From Mobula hypostoma (lineage: Eukaryota), in the NCBI RefSeq assembly GCF_963921235.1, contig NC_086097.1, forward strand, positions 117,554,001 to 117,618,000: a stretch of DNA of 64,000 nucleotides, given 5' to 3'. Both the position numbers and the translations under genes were made by a program. Under the pieces are notes generated by a model. It had not been told where the DNA came from, made no database searches, and saw only the letters and a list, made by a program, of their open reading frames with translations. The first letter of the stretch is position 1. Every line of letters begins with the position of its first letter. Of the stretch, positions 37,250 to 51,170 are shown piece by piece.

Positions 37250-40200
37250 TATACACACCTGAGATCTAGACTATCTTCAGCAGACATCTCAGGGATGAGA
37301 ATGATACCATGAATGCTGTCTCTGTAAATTCCTCCAAATTCTCTGAAAGGATAATTGAACCTATGTTGGTATCCATTCCAAGTTAAATATTACCCATGCA
37401 GGAATCCATTCCAAGGCAAAAATAGCCAGTATGGGGATCCTAATCACAATCTGTCAGCTACCTTGGGTGGACACATCACCTGCCTGCCTATCACCAGACT
37501 GCTTAAGCAGAGAGTGCATAGAGAGCTGTACTAAAGTCAACATTACATTCATTTTTTAAAAAAATTATGCATTCATGTTTTGTTCATGTTCTGTAAAATA
37601 CATTTCAAGGTTCTACAAATTTTAATCAATAATTACCATAATTGTAATTAGTTTAATAATTGTAATAATTTCTGGAGGAAAGTGTTAATGGATGTGCACA
37701 AGGCCTCCTTGGGGAAATACAGCAACCCTGCTCACTCCTGGAAACCTCTTGTCACAGCTTATTAAGTGAAAAAGGTAGCATTCAGAATAATAGTTGGATC
37801 CTCAAATCTAGGCATTGGTAATCTGTACAGGTCATCATAGATCCCGAGGAACTAGCCAAGAAAGTAATGTGCATCCAGTCAATGAATCTGGAACTTAAGA
37901 AGTAGATAAGAAACTTAATTTTAGTTAAAACCAATTCTTGTGGCTCCCAATAGAATTGCAACTGAATCAAAGTTTATAAAGTTTCTTGTGGTGACAGATC
38001 CTGAATATCATTATTTCTTTGAATCAGATTCAGAAGCAAGTTTATTATCTCCGACATATGTCGTGAAATTTGTTGTTAAGTAGCAGCAGTATGGTGCAAA
38101 ATATAAAAAAAGAGCATAAGTTACGAAGACTAAATAAGTGAACAGTGCAAAAAAGGAATGGCGAGTTAATTTTCATTGGTTCATAGACCGTTCAGAACAA
38201 TCTGAAGGTGGACGGGAAGAAGTTGTTCCTGTAACATTGGCTATGGGTCTTCATGCTCCTGTACCTTCTCCCCAGTGGTTGCCATATGAAGAGGGCACGG
38301 CCTGGGTGAATGAGTATGTTCATTAGCATGAAAATGACAAATTAAAAATAAACAATTGTATATTTATATTTCCGAAAATTCATTTGGATGGGTGACATCA
38401 TGTATTGTGTTTTGTTAATCAGAAGCATTCCTATATTTCTGCCAATTCAAATCAAACATTTTTGGTCACCACCTTTTCAACACGACAGTGTGGATGCTGA
38501 TAAATTTGCTGCCTTTGGGGTATTTGGATGCACAGATAAAAAAGATCTCATTATGAATCAAGGCATCATAGATAAGGTGAAAATTTGTAGACAGTAAGGC
38601 TATAAAATAAGTTTGCTAGGTCTCATTTTATTCCTGTTGTACAAGCTTGCTGCAAAGAAATGCACCTAATTAGGCACTAATTAGCAAGCACACAACTAAA
38701 CTTCAAGGACAATTTGTGTGGGTAATTTGCAAATGTCACACATATAATAGAAGAGAGAAAATTATCATGAAAAAGCAGAGATGGCTTTGCTTTCAACTTC
38801 TTGATTTGATACTGCTGGCTAGAAGTGCTGAGATCTTAAGCACATATCAATCATTTCAAAGCAACCTACCTTCAAGAAAAAAAATCACATATTTTCCCCT
38901 CAAAAGGCAGTTATGTTTGAATGCGTTCATGAATGAGCAACAAGGCCAATTTTTCAATCACTAGTTTTCAGAGCAGACTACTAAATGTGAAAAGGGAATG
39001 TCACATAACAATGTGGACACATATAAACTCCACACCATCATTTCTGGGTTGAGGAAAGTATACAGTCCATGTGCATAACAAGAGCAACTTGGCATAACGA
39101 GAGATGTAGAGGTGAATTTGATTTTTTGACAAATGTTGGTTGAAATTTGGTAAGAATTAATCGACCAAGTGTGAGAAAATGCATGCAGATTGACGCAGAA
39201 CTACGATTTATTATTTTTCCAACTCCTGTCGAAGTCTTATCATACATGATTTATTTAATATATCCTTTATAATAACATTGTAATGCATTTATGCATTTAC
39301 CATTAAACAATATCCTTCATACTTCTTTTATGGACAGATGTGATCATACACTAAATAAGTGAAAACATTATATGCTACAATTATGGAAATTATTGATCAA
39401 GATTTGACATGCCTTTAAATATATTTTACTGGGTATGAACAAAACATAATTAAAAAGCAATAAAATGACTATAATATTGATTTAATACATGTCAGAAGGA
39501 CATAAGGGTAAAGAAAATAATTTTGTTGTGTCTAATACAAAGAACAATGACATCCTGTTACAAAGGTGCTTGATAATTCAAGGGACATGAAGCATATAAG
39601 ATGCTGCTATCTGGAGAAACACAGAAGTGATTCTTGTTTTCCTTTGTGTTGCAATTTATCATTAACTGTGAAAGCTGCTGAGGCATGAGACTCTGAATTC
39701 AATCCAACACATCTCTAAATCCTTCATTTCACATTTTGTATGGAATTCTGAACAGTTTTCAAGGACTTTCCTTTCTTAACACAAATGGACACGAATTCAT
39801 TGAGTGGAAACCAAATATTATTCATTGGAAAGAGGGACACATTTTTTCAAGGGTTACCATACATTCTCCTTGAACAACTGTAAATAGAAACAAAACTTGA
39901 ACTTGCTGACTTTAGTATTTAATTTTTAATGAAATGAACTTCAGTCCTTGTTGGATCTCCCAGTAACTAACTTCAGATAACAAATATCATCTTGAATTCT
40001 GAAGTTTGAGAAGTTGATACCTGGAAGTTTATCTTCTCACCCATTTAGCAACCTGAGTGAAACTGGAAACTGGAAGCATGGTGAGAATAGACTCACCTTC
40101 TTCTAACAGTGCTCAGACAGAGCACTCCATACTCCCTTTTGACTGTTCTTGTTAACACTACAATTTCATCAGAGGCACCGTATTTAAGTGCAGCTTAATG

Positions 40201-40800
40201 CTTGAAGAACCTGTGTTTTCAGTCTAATGATCAAATGGACGAAAAGATGTGAAGAATTAACTGTCCTGATGTTATGCCCATGAAATTAATCTCTGTGGTT
40301 CCCATTGTTTGGGCAACGTAAACCAAATGAAAATATATTGATTTACCCTGCCTTGTATGTGATATCAGTACTACAAGCATTGGACACTTTGGACAGAAGT
40401 TTGTAGAGCAGACCAGATCATAATATTGATTCTCATCAAAACTTAATTGACATAGTGTTGCCGAATAGAAACTTGACAATACAGGATGCAGCTTTCTGCA
40501 CTCACAGGGAACACATCCTTTTCCAGCAGGGGACATCCCCAGCAGAGTGCTCATTCATAGATTAGGAATTACCTGTTTTCTTAATGGAAAATTGCTTGTG
40601 GATATTCAGTTGCATTTGATATTTGGCCAATATTTTCAAATATTGCGCAGAAAGCAGAAAACATTCAATTAGTGAGAGTTTGAGAATAATGCTGCTGTAC
40701 ACTAATATGCTAAAGACTTAGACACACACACGTGCGTATGCTTCCCACTCCCTCCCCTCTCCCTTCCGCTTTTCCCAACCATGCAAAAGTCTTAGGCTCC

Positions 40801-40843
<43 letters not shown>

Positions 40844-41011
40844 ATATAAACATATATGTGTGTATGTGTGCCAAAGGTGAGAATACACAGTTCTGTATAA
40901 TAAACTATACACCTATAGAATACATTTTTATCTGTTAATATTATTGTGTTAATGTTATGTTATGATCTGAATGTGATATTCTGTAATACTATATTTGGCA
41001 CCATGGACCTT

Positions 41012-42655
41012 GATAGAAACATAGAAACATAGAAAACCTACAGCACAATATAGGCCCTTCAGCTCATAAAGCTGTGTTGAAAATGTCCTTACCTTAGAAC
41101 TAGCCAGGCTTACCCATAGCCCTCTAATTTTATAAGCTCCATTCAGAAGTCTCTTAAAAGACCTTATCATTTCCGTCTCCACTACCGCCACTGGCAGCAC
41201 ATTCCATGCACTCAACACTCTCTGTGTAAGAAACTTACCCCTGACATCTTCTCTGCACCTTCTTCCAAGCACCTTAAAACTATGCCCTCTCGTGCTAGCC
41301 ATTTTAGCCCTGGGAAAAAGCTTCTGACTATCCACATGATCAATGCCTCTTATCACCTTATACACCTCTATCAGGTCACCTGTCATCCTCCATTGCTCCA
41401 AGCAGAAAAGGCCGAGTTCACTCAACCTATTCTCATAAGGCATGCTCCCCAATCCAGACAACATCCTTGTAAATCTCCTCTGCACCCTTTCGATGGTTCC
41501 CACATCCTTCCTGTAATGAGGCGACCAGCATTGAGCACAGTACTCGAAGTGGGGTCTGACCAGGGTCCGAAATAGCTGCAACATTACCCCTCGGCTCCTA
41601 ATTTCAATTCCATGATTGATATAGGCCAATTCACCATATGCCTTCTTAACCACAGAGTCAAACTGTGTAGCATCTTTGAGTGTCGTATGGACTTGTACCC
41701 AAAGATTCCTCTGATCCTCCACACTGCCAAGAATCTTGTCATTAATGCTATATTCTGCCATCATATTTGACCTACCAAAATGAACCACCTCCCACTTATC
41801 TGGCTTGAACTCCATCTTCCACTTCTCAGCCCAGTTTTGCATCCTATCAATGTTCCGCTGTAAACTCTGACAGCCCTCCACACTATCCACAACACCCCCA
41901 ACCTTTGTGTCATCAGCAAATTTACTGACCCATCCCTCTACTTCCTCATCTAGGTCATTTATAAATATCACAAAATAGGGGACCCAGAACAGATCCCTGA
42001 GACACACCACTGGTCACTGACCTTCATGCAGAATATGACCTGTCTACAACTACCGTTTGCCTTCTGTGGGCAAGCTAGTTCTGGATCCACAAAGCAATGT
42101 CCCTTTGAATCCCATGTCTCCTTACTTTCTCAATAAGCCTTGCATGGGGTACCTTATCAAATGCCTTGCTAAAATCTATATACACAACATCTATGACTCT
42201 ACCTTCATCATCGTGTGATGCAAGGACATGGCTGGGGACGAACCCAAGAGCAGGACACAGGCACGGAGACAAGGTCGTGAGGCAATAGTGCAGCCGCGAA
42301 TGTGGAACAGTTATTCAGGAGAATCTTTACACGGAGGCAAGGATTACGTAGATTATCCAGGGAATGGTGTGGAGCTTAGAACTGATAGTCCTAAGGAATC
42401 AGGAAACGAGGTTTACACACACTAGAATAGACCAACAAACTGGAGAAGCATGACAGTGACAGCAAGGTTCTTACCCTCAGTTCGCTGATGGAAAGCAGGT
42501 GTGCTGTAATTAATGAAAACTGGGAACAATTGGAAATCAGACAAGGGGATTAAGACCTAATCAAGGAGATAATAGCAAGATAGGGCATTGCCAGACGGGA
42601 CCATGAAAGTGTGTTTAATCACATCCTCAAAAAATTCAATCAGGCTCGTAAAGCA
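41012..42655 (-). mobile_element. CR1 RT C-terminal half, interrupted at 42218-42608
   Basis: ORF 40955..42010(-): FINDLDE..SKFADDTK, LVRPHFEYCAQCWSPH, RGHSFK; IDVVYIDFSKAFDKVPH.RL at 42075-42210; atagaaac tandem tail. Confidence 0.95.
42218..42608 (-). mobile_element. Probable solo LTR distantly related to the 16935/53488 family
   Basis: GTGTG duplicated at 42213-17 and 42609-13; minus strand ends ..gtgtcctgctcttgggttcgtccccagcc, like the U5 of the other family; termini are degenerate. Confidence 0.6.
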
Positions 42656-43389
42656 CACACAGTAAAAATGTGAGTGAAACACTCATGAAGAAAATCAAGC
42701 ATGATCTTGATGGAAGACAGCACTCAATGACAGATTGAAACCAATTGATTGAGAAAGAGAGGAGAGAAAAAGAGGGAAAGAAAGAGAGAAGAGTGAGAAG
42801 GAGAGAGAGAGGCAACATCTATTATCTAAGATCCTCACCATCCAGGCTACACCCTCACTTTGCAGCTACATTCAGGAAGGAGATACAGAAGTCTGAAATC
42901 TCACACTACCGGGTTCAAGAACAGTTATTTCCCTTCAACTATTCAGCTCTTGAACCAATCAACAAAGCCCTAATCGCTGCAGGTTAGCAACTCGATGAAC
43001 ACTTTGACCACTTTTTTTCTGTTTAAATTGTGTATTCTTATAAAAAATGTGCATAATTTATGTTTAGTTTATGTTTTCTCTGGAGAATCTTGCTCTCATG
43101 AAGCTATGTGTCTAAGATACCGCTGCACTAAACTTTCCCTTGCACCAGTGCGGGCATTTATTTGTGCATCTGACAATAAACTCAGCTTTGATATGAAGAA
43201 CAAAACATTTAGAAATGATTAATACGGTTGAGTAGAGATGACTAGAAAGGCCAAAAAGGACTATGAAAGGGCAGGTCCAAGGATGGTCTTGAGATATTTT
43301 ATACTTATATGAAGGAAACAGGAATAACTAAGCATGGATAAGTTCAATCAAGGATAAAGGAGGGAATTTGTTTTTAGATGATGCCATAG

Positions 43390-44178
43390 GTTTTGCAGAC
43401 CTGGGTGACTTCCTCCAGTTTGTATGTGAAACAGTTCAGTTCTCCTCTTCTCATGTCTCTCTTTTCCTTTTCAGGGTGACTGGGGTCCTGTCAGAGTCCA
43501 TGATCTACAGCTGTACTCAAGCTACGGTTCTTCACGGGCAGTGGGCTCTCACTCTCGGAACTCGCCGTGTGGACTGGTGTTCTAATAATATCAGGTGCAG
43601 CCTGGAAGATGTGTATCTTCAGAGTGTGACCATGTAAATGACTTGATTCCTCACCGATGTTGCTGACAGAAACATCGCGGGAAATTGAAACATCCAGACA
43701 GCGGCTGGAGTGTGCAGCTATCAGAGGCCCCTGAACACGAGCGATCGCTCCCTTCCTCTCTCGATGGTGAGTAAAAATCTGCTGGTCTTTGAGTCGGGGG
43801 GCTTGGTCAAGTGATGCAGCAGATTGTAATATCAAAATAGCTCATTCTGGCAGGAACGATATCTCTTTCTCCCTCGCTAGTGAGAAAGACAGCCTATCAT
43901 GATGGCAAAGTGTTGTGATGGACAATGGTTTTTGATGGACTCTAGATCAAGTCTCTGGGGACTCTGCTATTGCTCGCTTGGTTGGTGGTTGATGCTTTTG
44001 CTGGAGTAAGTAGGGGGAGGGTAGATGCTTTTGCCACTGCTTGTGCATGGAAGAGGGGAAGGGGGATTTGAGGTTCTGATGTTTTCTGTCATTCATTCTT
44101 TGAGAATATTTTTTTCTCTTTTTTTTGTGGATGTCTGCGAAGAGTAAGGATTTCAAGCTGTGTACTGTATATATTCCC
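43390..44178 (+). mobile_element. Non-coding LINE-derived insertion in an old CR1
   Basis: CR1 remnants on both sides (43200-43390, 44180-45170); ends in tggatgtctgcgaagagtaaggatttcaagctgtgtactgtatat, similar to Rex1-type 3' UTRs elsewhere in the window. Confidence 0.5.
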
Positions 44179-44179
44179 T

Positions 44180-45172
44180 AACAGGTGCATTGCATAGGAG
44201 AAGTATTTGGTGGATAGTGAAAACAGTGAGGTGTCATGAATCTGTTGATGCATTTTGAGATAGTGCTGGCTCTCATGCAAAGCATTAATGTTGATAAGTC
44301 CCCAGGACCTGGTGGCATATGTCTCAGAATATGAAGGATGTAGTGGGGGAACTTTCCAAGAAATCCTTGTGTCCTCACTAGTACCAGAGGACTAGAGAGG
44401 AGCAAGCATTGTGCTTTTGTTCAAGAAACGAAATAGGAATAATCAATTTTCCTCTGGGTTATCTGTAGGCCAGTGAGCCTCACATAAATTTTATGGAAGC
44501 TTTGGAGAGGAAACAGGGATAGGACTTGTGCATATTTGGAAAGGCAGGGCCTGCTTAGTGCCAATCGGCATGGCGTTGTGTGGGGTGTACAATACCTTAC
44601 AGACTTGATTGAGTTTTTGAGCTGGTGACAATGGTGGTTGGTGAGAGGAAGGCAGTGGACATTATTCACACTTTAGTGAAGCATTTGATAAGATCTCTCA
44701 TGGTAGGTTGATTCAGAAGTTAAAGGTGCATATGATTCAGGGTGAATGGCAAGTTTGGATTCAGGTCTGGCTTGCCCATGAAAAACAGAGAGTAGGGGTG
44801 GAAAGCTGGTGCTCTGGCTGGTGATCTGTGACCTGTGGCATTTCACAAGGATTGCTGCTCATACTTCTGTTGTTTCTGATCTAAGTGAACATGCAGATGG
44901 ATAGTTTAGCAAATCTGCGTATAACACAAAGATGGGTGGAGTTTTTGATAATATAAAAAATATGACAGAATATAGAAGGATATGGATCAGTTACAGATAT
45001 GGTCAGAGAATTAGCAGATGGAGTTCATTGTGGAAATATGGGAAAGTGTGAGGTTTTCCACCTTGGAAGGTCAATAAATTGAAAATTAATGGTTGTCCTC
45101 ATAATGGAATTGAGGTACAGAGAGGTCTCAGGGTCTAAGCCTACAGTTCAAATGGATAAAGTGGTCAGGAGG
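44180..45172 (+). mobile_element. Old CR1 RT fragment that continues at 50197-50660 after the Gmr1-type insertion
   Basis: DKSPGP; VLLFKK; AFDK..HGRL; KCEV.H.GRS remnants; ERV.KR.TR resumes at 50200. Confidence 0.75.
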
Positions 45173-45173
45173 G

Positions 45174-45211
<38 letters not shown>

Positions 45212-45212
45212 C

Positions 45213-48200
45213 TGACTCTCTCTCTCTTAAAAACAATATGTCAGTGTTAATTAACTCTTTCGCTCTCTTTTCAAAAGCACAGTTCATAGGAGTAATCAAG
45301 CGCAGTTCATAGGGGTAATTCAGGAACCCGTCACATCCCCTTCCTTCAAAAAGAAATTTTGACAGAGGCAAAATTTTTGTTTAACTGGAAATTTCAGAGT
45401 TTGAGACAATACATATATAATCATCAGATGACAGAGCAAAACATGTACAATTTCCAACCACATCTGAATAAATAATCTGCTATAATATTGTCAGTACCTT
45501 TGACATGTTTGATTGTCAGGTCATATTCTTGCAATATTAGACTCCAATTTAATAACCATCTATTTTTATCCTTCATCTTAGTTAGAAACAGCAATGGATT
45601 GTGATCCGTGTAAACCACAAGTGGTCTCTGGGCAGGATAAACATAGACTTCAAAATATTGTAAAGCCACAATAAGTGCTAACAATTCCTTTTCAGCAGTG
45701 GAATAATTTTTCTGGTGCACATTAAATTTCTTTGAGAAATAGGCTACTGGGTGTTCAATGTCATCCACTCCCTTCTGTAACAGTACTGCCCCAGCAGCTT
45801 CATCACTAGCGTCTGTTGCTATAGAAAATGGCTTGGAAAAATCAGGTGCTTTGAGCACAGGATGATAACACAGGATGGTTTTCAGACGTTCAAATGCCTC
45901 CTGGCAAAAATCACTCCATATAAATCTTTCACTCTTCCCTAGAAGTTTTGTTAGGGGGAGAGCGATGTCATCAAAGTTCTTACAAAACTTATGATAATAC
46001 CCAACCATTCCCAAAAATCTTCTTAAAGCTTTCTTGCCTGTACAGGAGACAGTTGGACCTGGCCTACTACATAGCCCAGATATGTAACTGTGGCATGACC
46101 AAACACACTTTTAGTGAGGTTCGCAGTAAGATTGGCCTTGGAAAGTCTGTCAGACAGTTTTTCTACCCCTGCAATATGCTCTTCCCACGTATCATTCCAG
46201 ACCACTAAATCATCGATATAAGCCCCTGTGTTTTCTAAACCTCTAATCATGTCCCTGGAGCATTTTTCATCCTGAAGGGTAAAACACTGTATTCATACAG
46301 CCCCGAAGGTGTGACAATTGCTGATATCTCTTTAGCCCTCTCTGTCAAAGGAACACACCAATATCCTTTTAGCAAGTCAATTTTTGTCAGGTACTTAGCC
46401 TTTGCTACTCTGTCAATACAGTCACTCACTCTCTTTCCTTGTTCCTTCTTGTTTCCAATTTCTTGTTCAACCATTTGGCTGGGCTGAATTTACAATGATG
46501 TCATGCCCTTTAGCTGTACACCATCTTGGAATGTCAGGGAATAAATCTTTATGCTTGCTAATTAATTCCTTCACTTGTTGTTGCGGTGCAGGTCCCAACT
46601 GATGGACCTTATCACTAATATTTATCAAAACAATGGAATTTTTAAATCTTGTTGATATTAAACTCAGCAAGTTTAAATGATTTTTCGTCTCATTTTCAGC
46701 CTCTACGACTCCATTTGTTTTCATAACAGTACCCACAGGTGCCATTCTATCAAGCAAGTGTTTTATTTTAATTTGAACATTCTACAAACTTTCCTTTGCA
46801 AGATCACAAACTATATTAAATCTTTTCCACACATTAACCCATATTGCCAAATCAAACCACAGTTCTCTGAGTAGGGTCAAAGGTCCTTTTGGCCTGTGAC
46901 CGAACCCTGGTTCAAACAGACTACCCTCCAATGTTTTTTGAATCGTATCTCCAACAGTAAGTAAGAGTAGGGGAACCCCCTCATCCCAGTTTTTCCCAAT
47001 TTTTCACACAATATGTTTTAATCATGGTCTTAAGAGTGGAGTTGAACCGTTCCAAGGCTCTCTTGGACTCTGTGTGATATGCAGGTGACACAGTGTGCTT
47101 AACTCCCAGTTCTCCAACTATCCCCTGGAATATTCTTTAAGTAAGGTTACTACCCTGGTCAAATTGAATTTCTTTGGGCAGACCGATCAGTGTGAAAAAC
47201 TTACTGAATGCTTTTACCACAGTCTTGGCCTTGATGTTTCCAAGAGGCACAGCTTCAGGAACCTAGACACAGCACGCATAATTGTTAACAGATACTGATG
47301 ACCAGCTGCAGTCTTTAGCAATAGGCTGACACAATCCACTATGATCCTGGAAAAAGGTTCATCAAAAGCAGGTATCGATTTAAGTGGTGTTACTTGAATA
47401 ACCTGATTAAATTTCTCCTCAGTCTGGCAGGTATGGCAAGTCCTGCAAAAATTCACAGCATCTTCTCTTAAATTAGGCCAGTAGAATTCCATCATAATTC
47501 TGTTCACTGTCTTTCTCACTCCAAAATATCCACCTAAAGGCATACTGTAGCCATGTTTAAAATTTCAGCCCTGTAAACTTTTGCAACCACTACCTGACTT
47601 GCAGGCACAGTAGCTGGTCTCCACTTCCTCAATAACACCCCATCCTTAAGATAATATCCTACTGACTCTCTCTGAACCTCCTCTTCTGTGAGAGCTGTCT
47701 CCTTTAAAGCCATCATATCAGAATCTTTATTCTGTTCCTCTATAAATTCCTTTCTTGATAAGGACAAACATTTCTCATACACCTTACTCTCCAAATCCTG
47801 TTGTAACATGGAAGGTAGAGAAGTCTGTAACACATCATCATGCTTTAAACCTTTGGTTTTGCTATTAGCAGACTTCCTATACATGCTTTGAGTAATTGTG
47901 CATGCGGAATAGACATCAGTCTTTCTGTGTGGTTCATTAGCAACAGCTTGGCTCATTAGTTGAACTGTTAAATCACCCTTGCCTTGGAGAGGTGTCAACC
48001 TCCCCACACTGTTTACTTAACTTAGCAACATCACTAGACTTATAAGAACCATGTGTATATTGTGGAAGAGGCCAAGCAATCAGTTTATCTGATTTTCTAC
48101 GACCTTTATTTCGACCTGTCTCCATAACAGTTTCCAACAGTCCCTCCTGGTCACAACAACACTTCAAGTTCTGTCTCTCCACACCCCAAACTTGAAAAAC

Positions 48201-50196
48201 ATCATCATGAATAACATCATAACCTTGAAGGTGTTCACCACCAAATGTCAAAGCTAAATTCAACAGAGAGGGACATACTTCCTCAGCAGGCCTTTGTCCC
48301 GCAAGCAGGGTCAAAGGTCGTGCAACCAATCCAACCTTCCCCAGTACTTTATTCAAAAGTCCAGAAACACCCCTTTTCTTAATATTTTCAGTAACACTGA
48401 CATCATGAGTTTTTATCTCATTACTAACTTTTAGAACACTGTCTAATACAAGTGACTGAGAATTCTCAATTTCCACTGGTACCAAGGTTAACCCCTTATT
48501 CACTGAACCAAAGCCATCTGACACAAAAGAACTGCATTCCTTTCCAACCAAGTCAGACACCTCAGACCTAACTGAATTTCAACACAAGGTTCAGTACCCT
48601 GTGAATGCACAGGTACTTCAACAACGTGAACACAGGCAATCAGGACAGCTGCCTCTTCTGGGCTTTTCAAATTCAAGGTCACCCTGAACCTCCCAGCTAC
48701 TCTCTGGGTAACTCTCATTTCGAGTAAACTCAACCTCGTGGGTTAAAACAACTTTATCTGCTTTCTTAGCAGACCCCCGCAGAGCGGCAGCATTCTTGTC
48801 ATATCGGTATGCCCTTACATCATAGGGGATACAATTTTTAATTTCATCAAACAGCACAAGCCCTTCCGAGCTGTAAAAGTCACCAGGGTCCTACACTAAA
48901 CCTCTCAGCTGCCACATCTCCCTCTCGAACTGTCTCTGTATTTTTGCCTCTTCTGTCCATTTGTCTGCCTCTCTAGCCTCGAGCTGCTTCAGCAGCAACT
49001 CATGCTCCATTTATAATTTTTCCAACTGAAGCTGCAGCTCAGCCTCAGGAAGTACTTTACCTTCAGCAAACATTTTCAACGCATTCTCAGTAAATTACTT
49101 CATTGAAATATAATATTCAACTATTTGCTTTGAATTTCTAGCTTAGTCATATCCTTCTTTACTGTCTTAATTTCCAATTCCTCAACAATTGTCCACAACT
49201 CATCCTTTTTAGTTCTCTTCAAAACCACAGGGTTTGGCAATGCCAGAAATTTCCTAACATCCATTTCTGCTGTTTTTCCACACAACCAAATCAAAAGGGA
49301 TTTTCCCCAATCAATTCAAACAAGCCTCCCACACAATTTGTTCATATCCCGGGTGATCCCCCAATTTTGTCACGTACCCCGTGACGGGTTAAAGAACCAG
49401 CAGAAATGAAAAAAACTTTGGAGTCCAGTATTGCTATTAACTAATATTATTTATTAGTAACTACGCAATACAGTAATATAAAATCAGATGTATAAAACAG
49501 GTTAAAAATGAATGTATATATAAAAAGTGGAAACATATATATGAAAATCAAGCTTCTTCAAGTATAGGGGTAAATAGATAGTCTTATAATGATGACCAAA
49601 GTTCAGTTTAGTTCGTGGTATTGAGTTGAGTAGTAATGGAGAGAGAGAGAGGGAGAGGTTTGAGTCTTCAGGTGAGCTGACGCCGTCGATCTTCCCGTTG
49701 TCCTCTGAAATCCCTCAGAAGTCACCGAATGTGACCACAGCAAAGGGGACCATTCTTCTGTGGTGGATCTATCAACCCAGGGGAGGGTAGGACACACAAA
49801 TAACTCCCCGCCAGTCATGCCCTGTTCATACTGCAAGAGCCACTGATCGATCCATCTAATCAATCCTCCAAAACCCACTTTTTCTGTGGGTACAACAAAG
49901 CTTATTCAGTGTCCTAAACCATGTGTCTCAGGTCTATCATCTGACTTTCTATTTACCTCCCTATGCTGAATACCAGCTGTCACTCAAACAGCTCCTCCTC
50001 TCTCCGTCTGTAAGAATTTCCAAGCAGGCAGTATCCTTGTAGAAATGTAAACATACTGTGAGCAGTCATCTCCTCTCTCTCTCTTACAAACAAGATGTCA
50101 ATGTTAAATAACTCTCTCTCTCTCTCCCTTTTCAAAAGCACAGTTCATAGGGGTAATCGAATACAGTTCATAGGGATAATTCAGGACCCCGTCACA
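45213..50196 (-). mobile_element. Gmr1-type Ty3/gypsy LTR retrotransposon (gag-[PR]-IN-RT-RNaseH), degraded
   Basis: 5' LTR 49368-50196 (TGTCAC...GTCACA); Pro-PBS 49346-49363; gag ATG at 49264; IN zinc finger G.FGVRKT..FYWP..FCRTCHTCQ and PFSRIIVDCV at 47214-47543; RT KIDLLKGYW.VPL and AYIDDLVV at 46023-46474; RNase H TDASD..GAVLLQ..TDHNPL..NIIAD at 45424-46014; PPT 45336-45354; 3' LTR remnant 45213-45335. Confidence 0.93.
49346..49363 (-). other. Primer-binding site, tRNA-Pro-like
   Basis: Minus strand TGGGGGATCACCCGGGAT versus canonical TGGGGGCTCGTCCGGGAT (3 mismatches), 4 nt from the LTR end. Confidence 0.75.
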
Positions 50197-50799
50197 ATGG
50201 AAAGGGTGTAGAAGAGATGTACCAGAATACCGCATGGATTAGAGAGTATGAGCAATAACAAAAGTTTGGACAAACTTGCATTGTTCTCCAATGTATATTA
50301 TAGGTTGTGGGCAGTTGTTAGATGTTCTTAAAATGATGAGAAGTTGGAGATAGTCAGAATCTCAATCCCATGGTAGAAATGAAATGTCAAACACCAAAGG
50401 GAATTCTTTTAATGTTAGAGGGGAGACGTTTAAAAGCAATGTAACAGGTGATTTGTTGTGCAGAAAGTGGGAGGTGGATGGAATGGGTTATAAGCCGTAA
50501 TAGTGGATGTAGACAATTTGGTGGCGTTTAAGAGTCTTGGAGATAGACAGGTGAGTATGAACTGAATAGAGAAATATTGGATGAGAGATAGGAGAAGGAT
50601 ATTTCATATATATTGGTATCAAGATTGGGATAATATCCTGTTCTCTACTGACCTATGTTCTGTGAATCAGTGAGATATATGAAGTGGAAATCATGTTTGA
50701 CTTATCAGCTAGGGTTCTTTAATGAACAGACAAGTGAAATGAAACAAGTGGATGTGGTGTACTTGGAATTTCAGCTATATTTTTATTTTTTTATTCTTT

Positions 50800-51170
50800 T
50801 GGGTGGCAGAGTGGAGATACGTCTTTACCAAAGGAGGTGTAAGGCATTTCTTCCCTCCAGTGACCAGCAGGTCACCCTTGGGCTCGGTGTAGCACCTGCT
50901 TCATCCCCTGATCAGGGTCACATGAAGTCATGGGAGCAGGTGGTTGATGTTCACATGAGCAGCTGGTGCCTATCACAAGTCCTGTTTATGAAACCACTGA
51001 TGTTATGCAGACAATCACTGATCTGGAGAGTATTGATAATGGTTGGGGTAACCTATCTTGTAAAGGCACTGCCCAGAAAAAGGCAATGGCAAACCACTTC
51101 TGTAGAAAAATTTGCCAAGAACAATCAAGGTCATGATTATGATCACTCGTGTCATATGACATGGCAGCTA
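50800..51170 (+). mobile_element. RTE-tail SINE-like repeat, full-length, inserted in an old CR1 (50690-52440)
   Basis: Colinear with 6600-6978; CR1 motifs VDVVYLEFQ before and DKVLHGRL after. Confidence 0.8.

Noticed and set aside
40092..40575. Minus-strand exons suggested by AAG|GTGAGT (~40097) and CT|GTGAGT (~40505) donors
   Set aside because: The candidate exons have stops in all frames and weak acceptors. Non-coding exons cannot be excluded without RNA-seq.
50800..50930. HDV-like ribozyme at the head of the RTE-tail repeat
   Set aside because: A P1-like pairing (GGGTGGC/GTCACCC) exists, but I could not place P3/L3 or P2.
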